Of a stretch of DNA of 64,000 nucleotides, positions 1-13,129 are shown piece after piece. Made by a program: the position numbers and the translations under genes. The notes below the pieces were generated by a model. That model was given only the letters and a program-made list of their open reading frames with translations. It was not told the origin of the DNA and did not search any database. Source of the stretch: Lama glama (taxonomy: Eukaryota). Location of the stretch: assembly GCA_028534125.1 (NCBI GenBank), contig CM052817.1:72542001-72606000 (forward strand), written 5' to 3'. Position 1 is the stretch's first letter. Every line of letters begins with the position of its first letter.

Positions 1-99
1 CAAAAAGAAGACCTTGAAGTTTGAGAGAATTTTGCTACCAGAAAGAGAGAAGTTTAAAAGAACTATTTGCTAGGGAGATGAATTTGGTTTTGGACTTAC

Positions 100-400
100 T
101 GAGTTCAAAGTAAAGGCAAGATATACAAATAAATAAATCCAACAGGTGCCTGGTGACTCTGAAGTGACACCTTGATGAGAAGGCAGGGCTAGAGGTAGGC
201 ATGGAGGAGATAAAACACAGAGGTGACATATAAAGCTGTAAGTGGGTGAGATGTCCCAAGAGTGAGTACAGAGAGAGATTCAAAGGGTAGAAATGCCAGA
301 GAAGGAGGAAAAGGGGAATGTGGATGCAATGAAAGATAAGACTGCAGGATTAGGCAGGTCAGAAGAGAGGCTCACAAGGAAAGGTAGATGAGATGTGGGC
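100..400 (-). mobile_element. LINE L2 fragment (degraded)
   Basis: Purine-rich text (gggctagaggtagg...gtgggtgagatgtcccaagagtgagtacagagagag) resembles the antisense of the L2 3' region. Confidence 0.6.
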
Positions 401-835
401 AGAGCAGCAGCATGGAGGTTACCAAACCTAGATTTTTGTTCTGGGTCTGCTGTTACTAACTCTCACAAACCTTCTCTGAACAAAATTCTTAGTATGTAAA
501 ATAAGGGATTAACATGAGATCAGCATTTCCCACAAGTTGTTCTATGTAAGATTTTAAATCCTACACAAACCTATGTATCCAGTGTCCAAATATACTTGGG
601 GAATGCCTATTTAAAACACTATTATAGCAGGATTTATCATAAGTTTTACAATACTGATATGCATCATGAATCTCCAAGATGGAAGATACAGTTAGCAATG
701 TTACCTAAGTTATTTGACAAAAGAATGTCTGTGTATAGCAGTAGCATCTCAAAGGATAGTGTCAATGGAACTATGGAAAATATTAGCCTAGAAGATTTCT
801 AACGACCCTCCCAGTTTCAGAATTTTACAACTCTA
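400..835 (+). mobile_element. MIR/MIR3 SINE split by a DNA transposon at 521-785
   Basis: MIR core-like text (ctgctgttactaactc...tgtaaaataagggatt) ends at 520, and a MIR3-like tail (tttctaacgaccctcccagtttcagaattttac) resumes at ~786. Confidence 0.55.
521..785. mobile_element. hAT-Charlie non-autonomous DNA transposon (MER112-like)
   Basis: Begins cagcatttccca, has internal gcatcatgaatctccaagatggaagatacag, and ends in a decayed inverted terminus tatggaaaatatta. Subfamily assignment is from memory. Confidence 0.55.
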
Positions 836-1084
836 TCAGACACATAATCTGATTCTTAAAAAACTTTATCTATTTAACAATAATAAAGACAGAGTAATGT
901 CAATGCCATCATTAATGTTGTCTTTAAATCCAGAAATGTACATTTATCATTCAAAACTCAGTTTCTGATCCATATTTATCATTGGTACTCTACACTGTCA
1001 AAAATGACATGTTAATATAGTTTTCCAAAATAATTGTTTTCACAAATTTGTGGCTTACTTATCAAAACAAAAGATTTTCGTTAG

Positions 1085-1210
1085 GTAGGTGATAGATGTG
1101 TTAACCAACTTTACTGTGGTAGTCATTTCACAAGTATGTCAAATAATTATGTTGTATACCTTAACCTTACATAATGCTCTATGTCAACAGTATCTCAACT
1201 AAGCCTGAGA
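1085..1210 (+). mobile_element. L1 (L1MA/MB-type) extreme 3' end
   Basis: ggtgatagatgtgttaaccaactttactgtggtagtcatttcaca...ttgtataccttaaccttacataatgctctatgtcaacagtatctcaa is the typical L1 3' terminus. Confidence 0.8.
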
Positions 1211-1729
1211 AGGGAATATTTTTGTAACTTTGCATACTGGATAAAGAATCCAATTTTTTCCTTCAAAAGCCGAAGGGTCCTAAAAACTGTAAGTTATATA
1301 GTAATCCAAATTAAGAGAAATCTAAGAGAAAGAAAATTAAGAAAAAAAATATGTATACAGATTTCATGATATGTTTATCTCTGACTCTGAAAACAGACCA
1401 TCTCACCAGTCTTGCCTGAATGCCACATTCCACACTAGTTCTTTCTCTGTGTCTGCTTCGTAATCAGACAAAATAGAAGAGGTAGCACTGAGTTTATTAG
1501 AAGTGGGGGAAAACAACCATAAGTAATAATAAAATATTTAATATTTATTAATAGATAATTATGTGCATTATCTTAATGTTTTATCTGTGGAACTTACAGA
1601 TAAGGGTAAGAGGATGTATTTTGGCAGAAAGATCAGACTCAACCCAGAGATGAGATAGCAGATAGAAAGAACTTCATAGTCCTGTGTACCCAATGTTTGT
1701 GTACCTGGGAAAAGGGTAGTGATAAAACT

Positions 1730-3250
1730 AGATATGCAGGTTAAGGTCAATTTTTGGAGAACTCTCTTGATACCAGGCTAAAAAAAATTAAGTTTTATCT
1801 TAGAAAAATAAAATAGAGTCAGACTAGGTTTTCAGCAAAAGAGTCATATAATCATATATGAATTTTGAGGAAAAAATTAAGTTAGAAAGATAAAAAAATG
1901 GATTGGAGTTGGTGGCTCCAGAATAAACAAAAACAAAAATAAATCAAAAACTAAAATATAGCAAGATTACTCAAAAAGTTCAAAGAAGAAATGGAAGAAG
2001 TTTGAACTTTTAAACTGGGAGGATGAATGGATCTAGGAGGGGTGGATATAACAGGTCTTCTGGAAACAGAATTGACAGACTTTGATGGATAAATGGATAC
2101 CAGTAGTAATGACAAGAGAGGAGTCTTCAAGATATTCATGTCATATTTCCAGTAAGCATTCAGAAATGTGTCTTTAATTCCAGAGAGAGGGCAGAGCCAG
2201 AAACAATGATAGATGATGGAGAGATGATAGGTCATTGGTAGACAGATGGCTAGAGTTCACAGTTCCATCATATATTTAGGATGTAGTATACATACTGTAT
2301 GTAAAAATGCATGGATGATTTTCATCTCCTACATGAAAAAATGTGAGAGTTCAGGCCACTAGAGTAAATGAAGAAAACAAAATCCCTCATGGAGAGACAA
2401 TAAGAAGTAACAAGAGAAAAGCTAAAGATAGACCTTTGGGAAACTGGCTCCACATAAGGGACAGATGCAAGAAAAGGAAGCACCACAGGAGATAAGAACA
2501 TTAAAATGGAGAAAGTCAAAAAGAGAGGAGGAGACACAGCAAGGAAGAAAGTCACAGAACCCCAAGGAAAGTGATTTCAAGAAAGTAGAAGCATCCATCC
2601 ATGCCAAATGCTGCAGAGCAATGACCAAGAAGAAGCCACTGATCAGGCGATCAGAAAATCTCTACTGCATCATTAGCCGTTTGGAGACAGCAGGGTAGGA
2701 ATCAATGGACAGTGAAGCAGCGCAAGCAAAAATTTCAAACTTTTATGGAAGAGTTGACAGTGAAGAGCTGGATTAGCTTGAGAGAAAGAGGATTCTTCTT
2801 TCTTTAAAAGATCAGAGTAGACTTTTTTTAAATGTCTAACAGGAAAGAAGTGAAAGGAAAAGGGATACATTTTTAAACATTCTAGATAGAGAGTGACAGA
2901 GCAAGATTTAGAGGAAGATGAAACAGGCCTTGATGAGGAACATCGCAAGGACGAGCCCAGGAAGAACACAGACCTCTACCTGAGGCAGAAAGAAGGGTTA
3001 AAAAAAACTGGTGAAGACAGGTTATTTTGAACCACTGAAGAGAGAAGTTGATAGATTTTTAACAATGTGTGTGTGCATGTGCAGTATAAGTTTAATTATT
3101 TTGCTTCCGCTAGAGCAAAGACTGAGATGAGCTCATTTACTAAAAGAAAGAGGGAAAATAAAGTTGGGGCAGAGGTTTGGGGGAGAGAAAATTTTTGAAA
3201 TTTCCCCTTTGAGAGAGAGAAACTAGTTGACTAGAGATTAGTAAAAGGAT
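1730..3250 (-). mobile_element. LINE L2, long degraded fragment
   Basis: Extended purine-rich tract with antisense-L2-like phrases (ggttttcagcaaaagagtcatataatc, ttgacagactttgatggataaatgga). Boundaries are approximate. Confidence 0.6.
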
Positions 3251-3517
3251 TGCTAAACAATTGTCAGGCTCAGTTTCAAATGCTGGCATTCTAAATAGCA
3301 GAGGTGAATATTTTTCTCCATCAGCACCCCTAATTCTAGAGGGAGAGAAGGATTCAGTTGTTTCAAGGCTGGGCATTCTTTCTCGCCTGCGTGGAACAGC
3401 AAAAGGACAAAAGAAATAAGAATGGTTTTAAGACAGTTCTTAGAATAGTTGAGCCAGGAATCTAATTTTAGTTTGCCCATCAGAGAACAGAGAAGAGGGA
3501 GGGTGAACAACAGTGAC

Positions 3518-3568
3518 GATGATGATGGTAGTGGTGGTGGTGACAGTGGTGGTGGTGGTGGTGGCAGC
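3518..3568 (+). repeat. Imperfect (GAT)n/(GGT)n trinucleotide repeat
   Basis: gatgatgatggtagtggtggtggtgacagtggtggtggtggtggtggc. Confidence 0.9.
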
Positions 3569-3569
3569 A

Positions 3570-3660
3570 AACACTATGTAGCTCTCGCTGTGCTCAGCAC
3601 TGTTCTATGGTATTTTACGTATATTAAACCTTTTAATCTATGTAAGGTCATGTAGTAAGT
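3570..3660 (-). mobile_element. MIR fragment
   Basis: cactatgtagctctcgctgtgctcagcactgttcta...tttacgtatattaaaccttttaatct matches antisense MIR 3' half. Confidence 0.55.
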
Positions 3661-4859
3661 GCAAAAAATAGGTTTATTTCCTAACCAGATGTACACTCCA
3701 CATCATACTCACATTTTTGTTTTATTTGTAAATGCCTCTGTGTATAACACATCATTTCCAGGACACATGAGCAATTTATTCCCACTTTACTAATTCACAT
3801 TCTAGATAACTCCAGTTTACCATGTGCAATATTTAGCTCATTTTCCAAACATCACATTAATGCATGATTTAGGAAGTAAACAATAGTTGAAAATAAAATC
3901 CTCTTGGATATTCTTTTGTTTTAAAATCTGAAGGGTTCAGTAATCCTTTAAATCTGTAATCACTAAAAAGAAATCCATTGTCACTAAATCACATGTAGTT
4001 CTAGAGAAACCACATAATGCAAAGTTCTCCAAAGAATAATTATCGTTAAATGTGACTATTAAACAATAATAGTATGTTGCAAGGCCATTTACACATGCAT
4101 GCTATTTTATTTGACATTATTGAAGTCTTTATTCTCTTGCTTTGAGTTGAGGTTATAGCAAATTCAATCATGGTAACAAAATTACCAGAGGTGAAAAAGC
4201 AGTTCTCTAGTATTTGAAAAAAAAAGAAATGAATATTCAACAAGATGCATAAAAAAGGAGATATACTTGAAATTAAAACTGGCCTACTAGGCCACATCTA
4301 CCATAAAAATTTAAAACTCTGAAATAATCTATAAATTGATCAATTTTAAAATGATAGCCACAAAGCTACATATATAATCCCTATATGTTTGATTATATTA
4401 TTAATATTAGTAAATATCATACATTTCTTTTTAAAGTTTTGAAGTTATGAGAAAATTACTTAGGATAATTAATGATAATTTTTACAATTGTGAATACCTA
4501 TAACATGTTTGTTTCTACTGATCTTTTCTTCTTTCCCTAAATATCACACACATCTTCTAAATTTAAATTAAGAAAATATTCCTGCTTTTTTTATTATTTT
4601 AAGATATTTTTCCCCCATAGGTAGCCTTTCCTATTCTTTGTGAGACCATTCTTCTTCTTTCCATTACTTCTTTGTGAGACCTTTTTTTAATTCTATCTGT
4701 GGTGTCTTTAGTTCCTTCTAATTTTGCATTATGAAAATACTGGGAGCCTCATCTTTTAATTTCCAACTAACTTTTCTGCATAAAATTAAATATAAATTTT
4801 TCCTTGTAACATCTGATCTTTAATAAATGATGTCATAGTTTCCAATATATTATGCTGAT

Positions 4860-5012
4860 AATTATTAATAGCACTTAAATTTTTGTGGAATTTCCTTTGC
4901 CTCTTTAAAAACTGAGAAACTAGAATGAGCAGAGGAGATTAAATGACTCATTCAGAGTCACAGATCAAGTAGAAGATTGTGGACTGGAACGAGTATCTCC
5001 TGATACTCAGAA
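4860..5012 (-). mobile_element. MIR fragment
   Basis: gagaaactagaatgagcagaggagattaaatgactcattcagagtcacag...ggactggaac...tctcctgatactcag. Confidence 0.6.
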
Positions 5013-5814
5013 TCTTACCCCATGAGTCAAACACACAGAGAAGGCTGTACTCAAATCCTCCCATCTCCATTCTCCAAACCCTCAGTCTATCTAAGGTTAA
5101 TTTTTTAATCTGTCTAGGATGGTGTTTGTAAATTGTCAGAAGCTTGAGTAGCCGCTGTACAAAAAGCCTTCATGTATAAACATCTCTGAAACAGGAAAAT
5201 GACAGATAACAAATTGGGCATATTTTATCTTCCCAGCTTCAGCCTTTTGCTAGCTTATACATTTTTGGAGGGGAGCTATAACGCTATTGAATTGATGGCG
5301 GCAACAGATAAGAATTTAGAGACAGGAAGATTCCTTCTGACAGACATTTCCCAGACAAACTGATAGCACTTAAGAGTTTAAGTGACACCTCTTCTCTAAA
5401 ATCTTAAGAACAAAAACCAAAAAAAACCCCCCCAAAAAATCAGATCTCATGGCATCAGGTGTGAACTGCAACACAACTCATCTGTTGGATTACATCGTAT
5501 TGCCCTATAAGCTTTATGCTAACAAATCATATAGAATATGACTCCACTTCTTTTCCTCTAAAAAGAAATTAGGCAAAATTTTTTCACTTATTTTCATTTA
5601 GCTTTGATTGAGAAACAGCTGGCTGCCAAGAAGAACTGTCCATTAGACGTTCAACATAAGAAGTATCTTTACTTTTATGTCAATTAAAATACAATTTTTA
5701 TTTATAATTTATAATTTGACAATAACCTGGACATGTAAACACATTTAATTAAAATATTAATAAATCATGTATCAGAGGAAAAGTTATATAAAATTACAAC
5801 TGTCTTTGTAGATT

Positions 5815-5890
5815 CTTTTTTTTAAATTACCTTTTTATTTTTTATATAATTTTAAAGGTTACTTTCTCATTTAAAGTTATTATAAAATAA
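5815..5890 (-). mobile_element. Very short 5'-truncated L1 3' tail (cetartiodactyl-type)
   Basis: Poly-T followed by taattttaaaggttactttctcatttaaagttattataaaata, resembling the antisense L1 3' terminus of even-toed ungulates. Confidence 0.55.
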
Positions 5891-5984
5891 GTTCTTAATA
5901 ACACCAAAGCAGTTTCCTAATCCATCATTACAGTGACTTTTAAAGAATAAAGAAGGGACAGAGTATTATGTCAAAAACCATTCA

Positions 5985-6145
5985 TGGCCAGCAACCAAGG
6001 GGCCTGAATTTGAGTTGCAGGTCTCTCATAAACCACATTGAAGGCCTTGAACAAGTTGCTTTTGCTCTCTGAGCCATAGTTTCCTCATTTTTAACACTGA
6101 TGAGAGAGTAGGTGATTTTCAGACCCTTTGGAGTTCTATATTGTA
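5985..6145 (+). mobile_element. MIR/MIR3
   Basis: ggccttgaacaagttgcttttgctctctgagccatagtttcctcattttt is a MIR core. Confidence 0.7.
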
Positions 6146-6914
6146 TATGCAGAGATAACATATTCCTAAATACTAGTGTATCAGTATATTAGCTATGGAA
6201 GGGAGAATTGCCTCAGCTGGCCTGCTAGATGGCCGGCCTGTCTGCTAAAGCACCTCTGGCCAGATGGGAATTTTATGTAAAACTGATGCAGTCTTTCTCC
6301 CGATTCGAAAGACTCACAGGATTTCTGGAACCTCTTCAAAACAACTCTCACCAAACACATTTCGATGAGTTATGTCTACACTGATCAGAAACACATGGAT
6401 TGAATTTTCCTAAGGTTTAAAAATTATATAAAAAGAGCATAACAACATGAATTTTGAATTTTCCAAAGCTAAAAAATTAAATCATGTAAGACACTGTAGA
6501 ATCAAGGAACCAGAGTTCTTCCCACTCTAATGCTGGGTCCCTGTTAGAGAGGCTCCTTTGCTGCCCGCTATGTTATTTCTTTTTTTCTCAAACTATGATT
6601 AGGGGATCGAGCAGTCAGTTAGTTTTATTTATTTTATTTTACACTGGCTGGTGTTTGAGGAAAATCAGACTGGAATTCATGAGCCCCACACGCCTAAAGA
6701 GAGCAGCTATTTATCAGCACTCCTTTAGCTCAGATGGCCTCACTAACATTTGTTAGTAGCTTGAAAATGTGCCCTTAATCAAAAAAACCAGGTCAAAGAG
6801 TAGGGATGAACAAGATCTATTACTATCAACAGATGAGTGATTCCAAGTGCACCCCTTCCCAAAAGAGAATCAGGATAGGAAGGAATGTGGGAAATGATGA
6901 CACAACGTCTAGTA

Positions 6915-7137
6915 CTGCATCACTCAGTACAGTAGCTACCAGCCACATGTGGTTACTTAAATATGAGTTTAGATTTAAATTAAATTAAATTAAATTAAAT
7001 CAAAAATTCAGCTTTCATCTGTTGCAAGAACCACATCTTAAGCTCCCAACAGACACATGTGGCAGGTAACTGCTCTACTGGATAGTGGAGACGTAAAACA
7101 CTTCCATCATCACAGAAAGCTCTATTGGCCAGAGCTG
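6915..7137 (-). mobile_element. MER3 (hAT-Charlie) DNA transposon
   Basis: tagctaccagccacatgtgg...cacatgtggcagg...cttccatcatcacagaaagctctattggccagagctg. Possible decayed 8-bp TSD gtctagta/gcccagtg. Confidence 0.85.
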
Positions 7138-8292
7138 GCCCAGTGTAATGCCTGGCATGTAACAGATACTCCATGAAAATTAAAGAAAATAATGATAAAA
7201 CAGTAAGGACGTTTTGAATACCTAAGATAAATCGAGTAAAGCTTGTTTTCAAAGGAAATAAATTTCCTCTTCCTGCTTTTAACAATACTCAAGATTTGTC
7301 ACAATCTTCAACTTTTGGGGCTATCTTAATATACAGGCTATGACAGAAAGTCATAGTCAGCTGACATAATTGAAGTAATTTCTAATAGTAACTATAAAAC
7401 ATCAATTCAGCTGTATTTTTCTCATTTATCATTAATACTACCTTGCATTTGTATACATTTAATTATATGAAACTATTCAGTATACAAAACTTTGCATATT
7501 CATTTCAGCTTCACAGAACTCCGAGACCTAAAGAGCATCGACCCTGCTCTATAGATAGGGAAACACACTGTTGACACCAAATGACATGGTTCCACACCTA
7601 TATTCAAATTTAGAGGAATTAAGGGGTTGTTTACTGTAGCACAATTAGTAACAGAATGCATTTAGGGCTTAATACCCATTCTTCCAGCTTAAAGTCTAGA
7701 GCTGTTGACGCTAAACTATGTAGCTCTTCAGGGGATCAGTCAATCAACACATAATGTATATACTTGGATAAAGAAATACCTTTACAGTTCCTATCTCATA
7801 TACTAGTATAAAAAAAAAAGACATCAGTAACAAAACTACTAGAAGAAAAGATGTATGCCTAGATGTTCAGTTTGTAAATTTTAGCCTAAAACGCCAGGTC
7901 TGAAGAAGTAAACTGTAAATTTGACACACTGGTCACCCTGCACAGTGTCAGGAAGCATGTGCATACTGCGGCCCACATGGTCAGCAGCACACTTCCCGTC
8001 TCCAGGGGATTTCACTCACATTTACTACAATGTGCATTGCTTCCTGAAGTTGGACAACATCAGAACCCTTCAACTTTGGCAAAATCAACCTTGACATTTA
8101 GTTATCATATTCTTTACATATCAAATGTTGCTGAATCGGCTGAGCTAAGTTGAAGCATTTTGGGAATAGTGGTAAAAATATTTAGGGCTATCATGTTATT
8201 TTTAAATGTTTTCTGACACTTTGTTATTTAACAGAGACTTTCAGGTGCTATATACAGAGAGAATATATATTACACCTCTGTAAGAGAAGAAA

Positions 8293-8510
8293 TGCAGTAT
8301 TGTACCCACTAGCACAGGCTCTCAAGTAAGACTGCCTGGGTTCAAATTACAAACCATGTAATGTTGAGCAAGTTACTTAATCTCTCTGGTCTTCAGTTTC
8401 CTCATCTGTAAAACTGGCATAATAAATTGCTTTCCTCCAGATCTAAATAAACGCAGGTTAGGTATTAAGCATAGCACTTAGCGCATAATAAGGGCCCTAA
8501 TAAATATTGC
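8293..8510 (+). mobile_element. MIR
   Basis: agactgcctgggttcaaat...gagcaagttacttaatctctctggtcttcagtttcctcatctgtaaaa. Confidence 0.85.
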
Positions 8511-8577
8511 ACTTGTGCTGTTGCTGCTGCTGCAGTTGTGATGATGCTGATGAGAACAATGACTTGAAATCACCTAC

Positions 8578-9144
8578 TGTGATGATTCATTTCCAGAGAT
8601 GGCCCCCAGTGAGCAATAAGCAACGAGCCTCCCAGTATTCATGCCTTTGTGTGATCTGCTTCCACACTGGATACTGGACTGACCTGTGACTGCCATTGAC
8701 CAGCAGAATGTGGTAGAAGTGACACCATTCCAGTTTTGAACCTAAGCCTAAAAAATACCTCACAGCTACTCCTCATGCACTTTTGGGAGCCTTTGAGCCA
8801 CCTTATAAGAAGTTCAACTAACCTGATAGAGAGCATGTAGAGAAACCAGGTGGAAAGACTACAAAGAGGGAGACTCCATAAAGAGATAAAGAGGCCTAGC
8901 CACCTGATTATCCCAGTTGAACTCAGCTTTCCAATCACACCTCCCAAGGCACTGGAAACCACCTTTGATGTTCTAGTTTTGGACGTTTGGCCACAGCCAC
9001 ATGAGTGACCCCAAGAGAGACCAGCAGCAGAATCATCCAGCTGAGCCTTAGTCAAGAAACATGAAAAATAACTAAATGTCACTATTTTAAGCCATCTGGT
9101 GGTAAAGTGGTTTGTCTATTAAGCAGCAACAAGTAACGCAAACA
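8578..9144 (+). mobile_element. Solo LTR, ERVL-MaLR MLT1 (F/G/H-like)
   Basis: TG...CA termini, MLT1 motifs (gatggccccca, tgaccagcagaatgtggtagaagtgac, catccagctgagcc), and 5-bp TSD cctac (8573-8577)/cctaa (9145-9149). Confidence 0.85.
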
Positions 9145-10020
9145 CCTAATATTAGTTACAAAACTACAAATCAATTGTCAAAAGCACTGTAACCAGAGAC
9201 GCTTCTTTAAAGCTCTCTACCCTTGTACTTCTGATAAATTTTTGTTTATTGTATCTGTCATATCTACCTCATATCTAATTTTTCCTAACACAGACTGTTC
9301 GCTATGTTTAAGCAACTCTGCTTGACCTATCCTTCACATAACATCTTTCTTCCATTTCTACATCTTTTATCTATGGCCTTTTCACTATCTGTGACAGTCC
9401 CCTATTCCTCAGAAGTCCATCTGTTTTCATATTCTGCTTCCAGGTAGCCTGCCTCCACCTTACTTCTACTCTTCCTTGGCTCACATATACACATTCTGTG
9501 CCACAAAAATGCACTGATACATATGCTTAGAGTATATGGTTTATCTAGGATTAAGTCTCATTTGTGCCTCAATCTGATTTCTTCTTAAGAACAGCAGTCT
9601 ATTGTTTTCTATCTTTACACAGTATTTAGTATACCACACAGCTCTACACATAGACTGTCTCCCAGAGGCAAACTAACATTACCAAGCTCTAGAAATAGCT
9701 GACTGTAATACCAATGTTAGTTCATTAACTTATAATAAGAATAGTGGTTTTTAAAGTAACAACACTAGACAATGATTTCCTCATACTATGGTATTTTTAA
9801 CCTGTCGGCAGTCAGCATGGAAAGCCAATTATAATCAAAAGCTTGCTTGATGAAGGTGGAATGCTACTTATGCAATTTGTTCATATAAGGGCATCCACCT
9901 AAGAGAATCTCATGTATCCACATCCACAGTAAAGTTGTACCCATTGCCCAGCTATGCAAATCCTCAGGCCAGGCATACTCTTTCCTACACTGTATTGAAT
10001 AAATGCTCTTTAACTGAATT

Positions 10021-10132
10021 TTCATTCATTAAAAAACATTTACTAAGCATCAACCATATGTCAAGCATTAGAGATAAAGCAATGACCTAAGGAGACAAAA
10101 ATCATCATTCTAAAGGAAGTTAACATTCTAGG
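10021..10132 (-). mobile_element. L2 3' end
   Basis: ttcattcattaaaaaacatttactaagcatcaaccatatgtcaagc. Confidence 0.65.
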
Positions 10133-11544
10133 AAAAGTTTCTAGCTTACTGCTAAACTCTCCAAGATATATTCTACCAAACAAACATAAGTTCATATGTA
10201 TACAGCTATTGCTTTTCTCTATTTGAAAATTTATATTTTAGCAGAATTTTGAAACTATAAAGCCACCAGAATAAGCAAATATGCACTGACACTGAGATGA
10301 AGAACTGCAGATTGCCAGATGTGTAAACAGTTAAACAATACTTCTCAGTGCATGAGTGTGAAGTATTAAATCCTTGTAGTCACATAGAATCATTATAGCC
10401 CTTTATTTAAAAAATGATTTAGAATTTTAAAACAAATCCAAAGCAACCATCTAGTACAATCTATGTTCTCTGATACCTCTTTTAAACTAATACTTAATTC
10501 TTTTAAAATTGCCAAACTATCTAGAAGTGAAAAGAGAATTTTATTTGATAAAATCTGTTACCCCATCGCTGTCAGTATAAGCCTCATCATCATTTAAGAG
10601 GAAACAAATATGCTTTGCATTTGACTAACCTAATAAGGTATCCAAAGGATTTTAAAAATATTTAACTGTTTGGTAGAAGTCCTCCCCACCCCACCCCACC
10701 AACTTTCTACGCTTTAAAAGTATAAGTATTTAGCCTTCAGTAATACGGCTTGAATGACCTGAAAATGTCTATAAACACATTTTCCCTGCTTATCTAGGGT
10801 CCCCCTCTGTTCATTGGGATCAATGTTTAGATTGTTTCCAGAGAGGGGACAGCACCTTGTCAATGCCTGTAACATGTCAAAGGGTCATCTGAGCTTGAAT
10901 CCACCATTGGAGCCTAGAAGGAATGCATTTACTTTTAACAGGCTACAGTTTTAGCCTGTGAAAAATTAGTATGTCAAAGGATAGCCATTTAAGGAGGGTT
11001 AGCGTGAAGTTACTCCACCATTAGGCCTATTGGAGAGAAATGATCAGCACTTCAAGGAAACTCCAGAGCATTGATGGAAACAGGAAATGATGGCAACAAG
11101 GTAAATAACAAAATACTACCCATGGTAGTAATGATGCTAAGATAAAATCAGTGCTATGGAATTCAAAGGTTTACAAATTTGAATTACTAGATATGATCCT
11201 AAAAATATTCCTCACTATAACTTAATGCTGTTTTTCGCTAACAAAGACCTCTGTAATAGAGATACTTTATCAACATGTTTATTAACACCTTGCATTTTCT
11301 ATTTTATAAAAGTACAAGACACTTTGTAGCTCATTTTATTTTTGTCTCATTTAGACTCTTTCTACTTATCAATGCAAGCATGTGATTCATATTTCTTTGA
11401 AAGTTTTGACTACAAGTCTTAGCTTGTGAAAAAATCAGAGCTTTTAAGATCAAATTCACTGACCTGGTCAAAGAGAAAGTTATGTGTGGCTCAATAACAC
11501 ATTAAAAAGAGCATAAAGTCAGTCATTTATTAGCTGATTCTCAT

Positions 11545-11680
11545 AGGATAGGTATTTAACTTCTGTTTCCTCATCTACTAAAATAAGTATAATAATACCA
11601 CTTCAAAAGGTTGTTATCAGATGGAATGAGTGTGAAATGTCTCTAATGTTGCCAAGCCCATAAAGGTTAGTTACATATTT
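11545..11680 (+). mobile_element. MIR fragment
   Basis: tatttaacttctgtttcctcatctactaaaataagtataataatacc...gggttgttatcagat. Confidence 0.65.
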
Positions 11681-13129
11681 ATTACAGAATATATAAAAGA
11701 ACAAGTCATACGAGAAGGAGTGAAATTGAAGAAATTCATAAGCATCCAAAATGCTTAATATTAATCATCACCATCATGCAACTCAACCAGGCTTCCTCAG
11801 AGGACTAAAAGGGTCACCATTCCACACTAAATCATTTTCATTAAGTGCACAAGCTTCAGGGGACTAAAAACAGTTTGATTTAGCAATTCAAAAGCAAAGG
11901 TACAAGGATTTCCTTAAGGTATATGTAAACATGGGCTTAAGCCAGGAGCTCTGTAGGCCCCTGGGGCTGGCGCTTGTTTGCAAATGAACCCATCCTTTGG
12001 ACAGAGAACGGAGTACAGTTTGAAATTCAGTCTTGTGTGGAAGTTCCTGATCATCGGGTTTATGCAGTCAAAACAGTGTTGACAAAGGAGATTTCTGAAC
12101 TGCAAAGAAACTGTAGACAAGGCAAACACCCATTCTGGTTTGGTTTGAGAGCAGTTCTTTGCAAAATCAAGGCTAAGGGTTAAATGGCTTTTTCAAAGGG
12201 CAGAAAGCTGAGTGAATTTTATGCTCCTTTCTTTTCTATTATCTTTCTAATATATCATCTAAATCCTCACTGTTGCAGTCCCTTCCTCATCACTTCACTG
12301 GAAAGAGAACAATTCAGAATCGCGTGAATTATTCCTAAGAAAGCCTGACCTATGCAAAATCTAGTAAGAGGATTAGCACCGACTTCTTGCCTGCTGTGCT
12401 TTTATTCATGCACGGTTCATAAAGGCCCACTGCCGATTCCCATTTAGCTTGTTATCCACTCTAATCCCATTATTTTTCTGCTACTGCTGCCTTACTCTGA
12501 ACTGTTCAGTCTCTGTCCTTAGGACAGTTTTCTCCTCACAGGTGAACCATTCTTTATTGTCTCCATCAGACACAATTGATTTGTCAAAGGCATTTTGAAA
12601 TGCAGTGCTCTCTTACAGGATTTTGCTTTCTAGGTACAGTGAAATGCCTGCAGAGATCTGCAAAATTGACAAATAAAATTACCATCCACATTTACTGATA
12701 AACATAAAAAACGTTATGGCATTGTACAGATTACAGTGGGTAATATAAAGATGCATAATGCATCGTCCCTATTCAAACTGCCCACAGAGGCCTGACATCC
12801 AGAAAAGATAACCAGAAGTACAATGTGGTGTGCAGAGTTCAAGAAAAGAGAGCACTCTGAGAGGAGGAAGCCAAGGTAGTTAAGGTTAGGATGCTGCTGA
12901 AGATAAAGAAAGGAAATACCAATGACAAGGGCAAGGGAAGCAGTTTTAGTAAAGACACAGACGATTTCTGGAGCCCATCTGGATCGTAACAAGAGGACTA
13001 GGGTGCCTGAAATCAGGACTTCACCCAGAGGCTTAGAGAAAGAAAACTTAGGGAGACAGCCTTGCACCACACTGTGGAGAAGACTCTGTACCAGGTCAGG
13101 GCTGCCAAGCATATTCAACAGGGTTGTAC

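Noticed and set aside
3253..3655. Poly-Pro and poly-Gly/Asp ORFs
   Set aside because: Produced by the (GGT)/(GAT) microsatellite and the adjacent MIR
8639..9082. 147-aa minus-strand ORF
   Set aside because: Lies entirely within the MLT1 solo LTR, so it is a chance ORF
10681..10700. C-tract with G-quadruplex potential on the minus strand
   Set aside because: Only three runs of >=3 G, which is common low-complexity sequence
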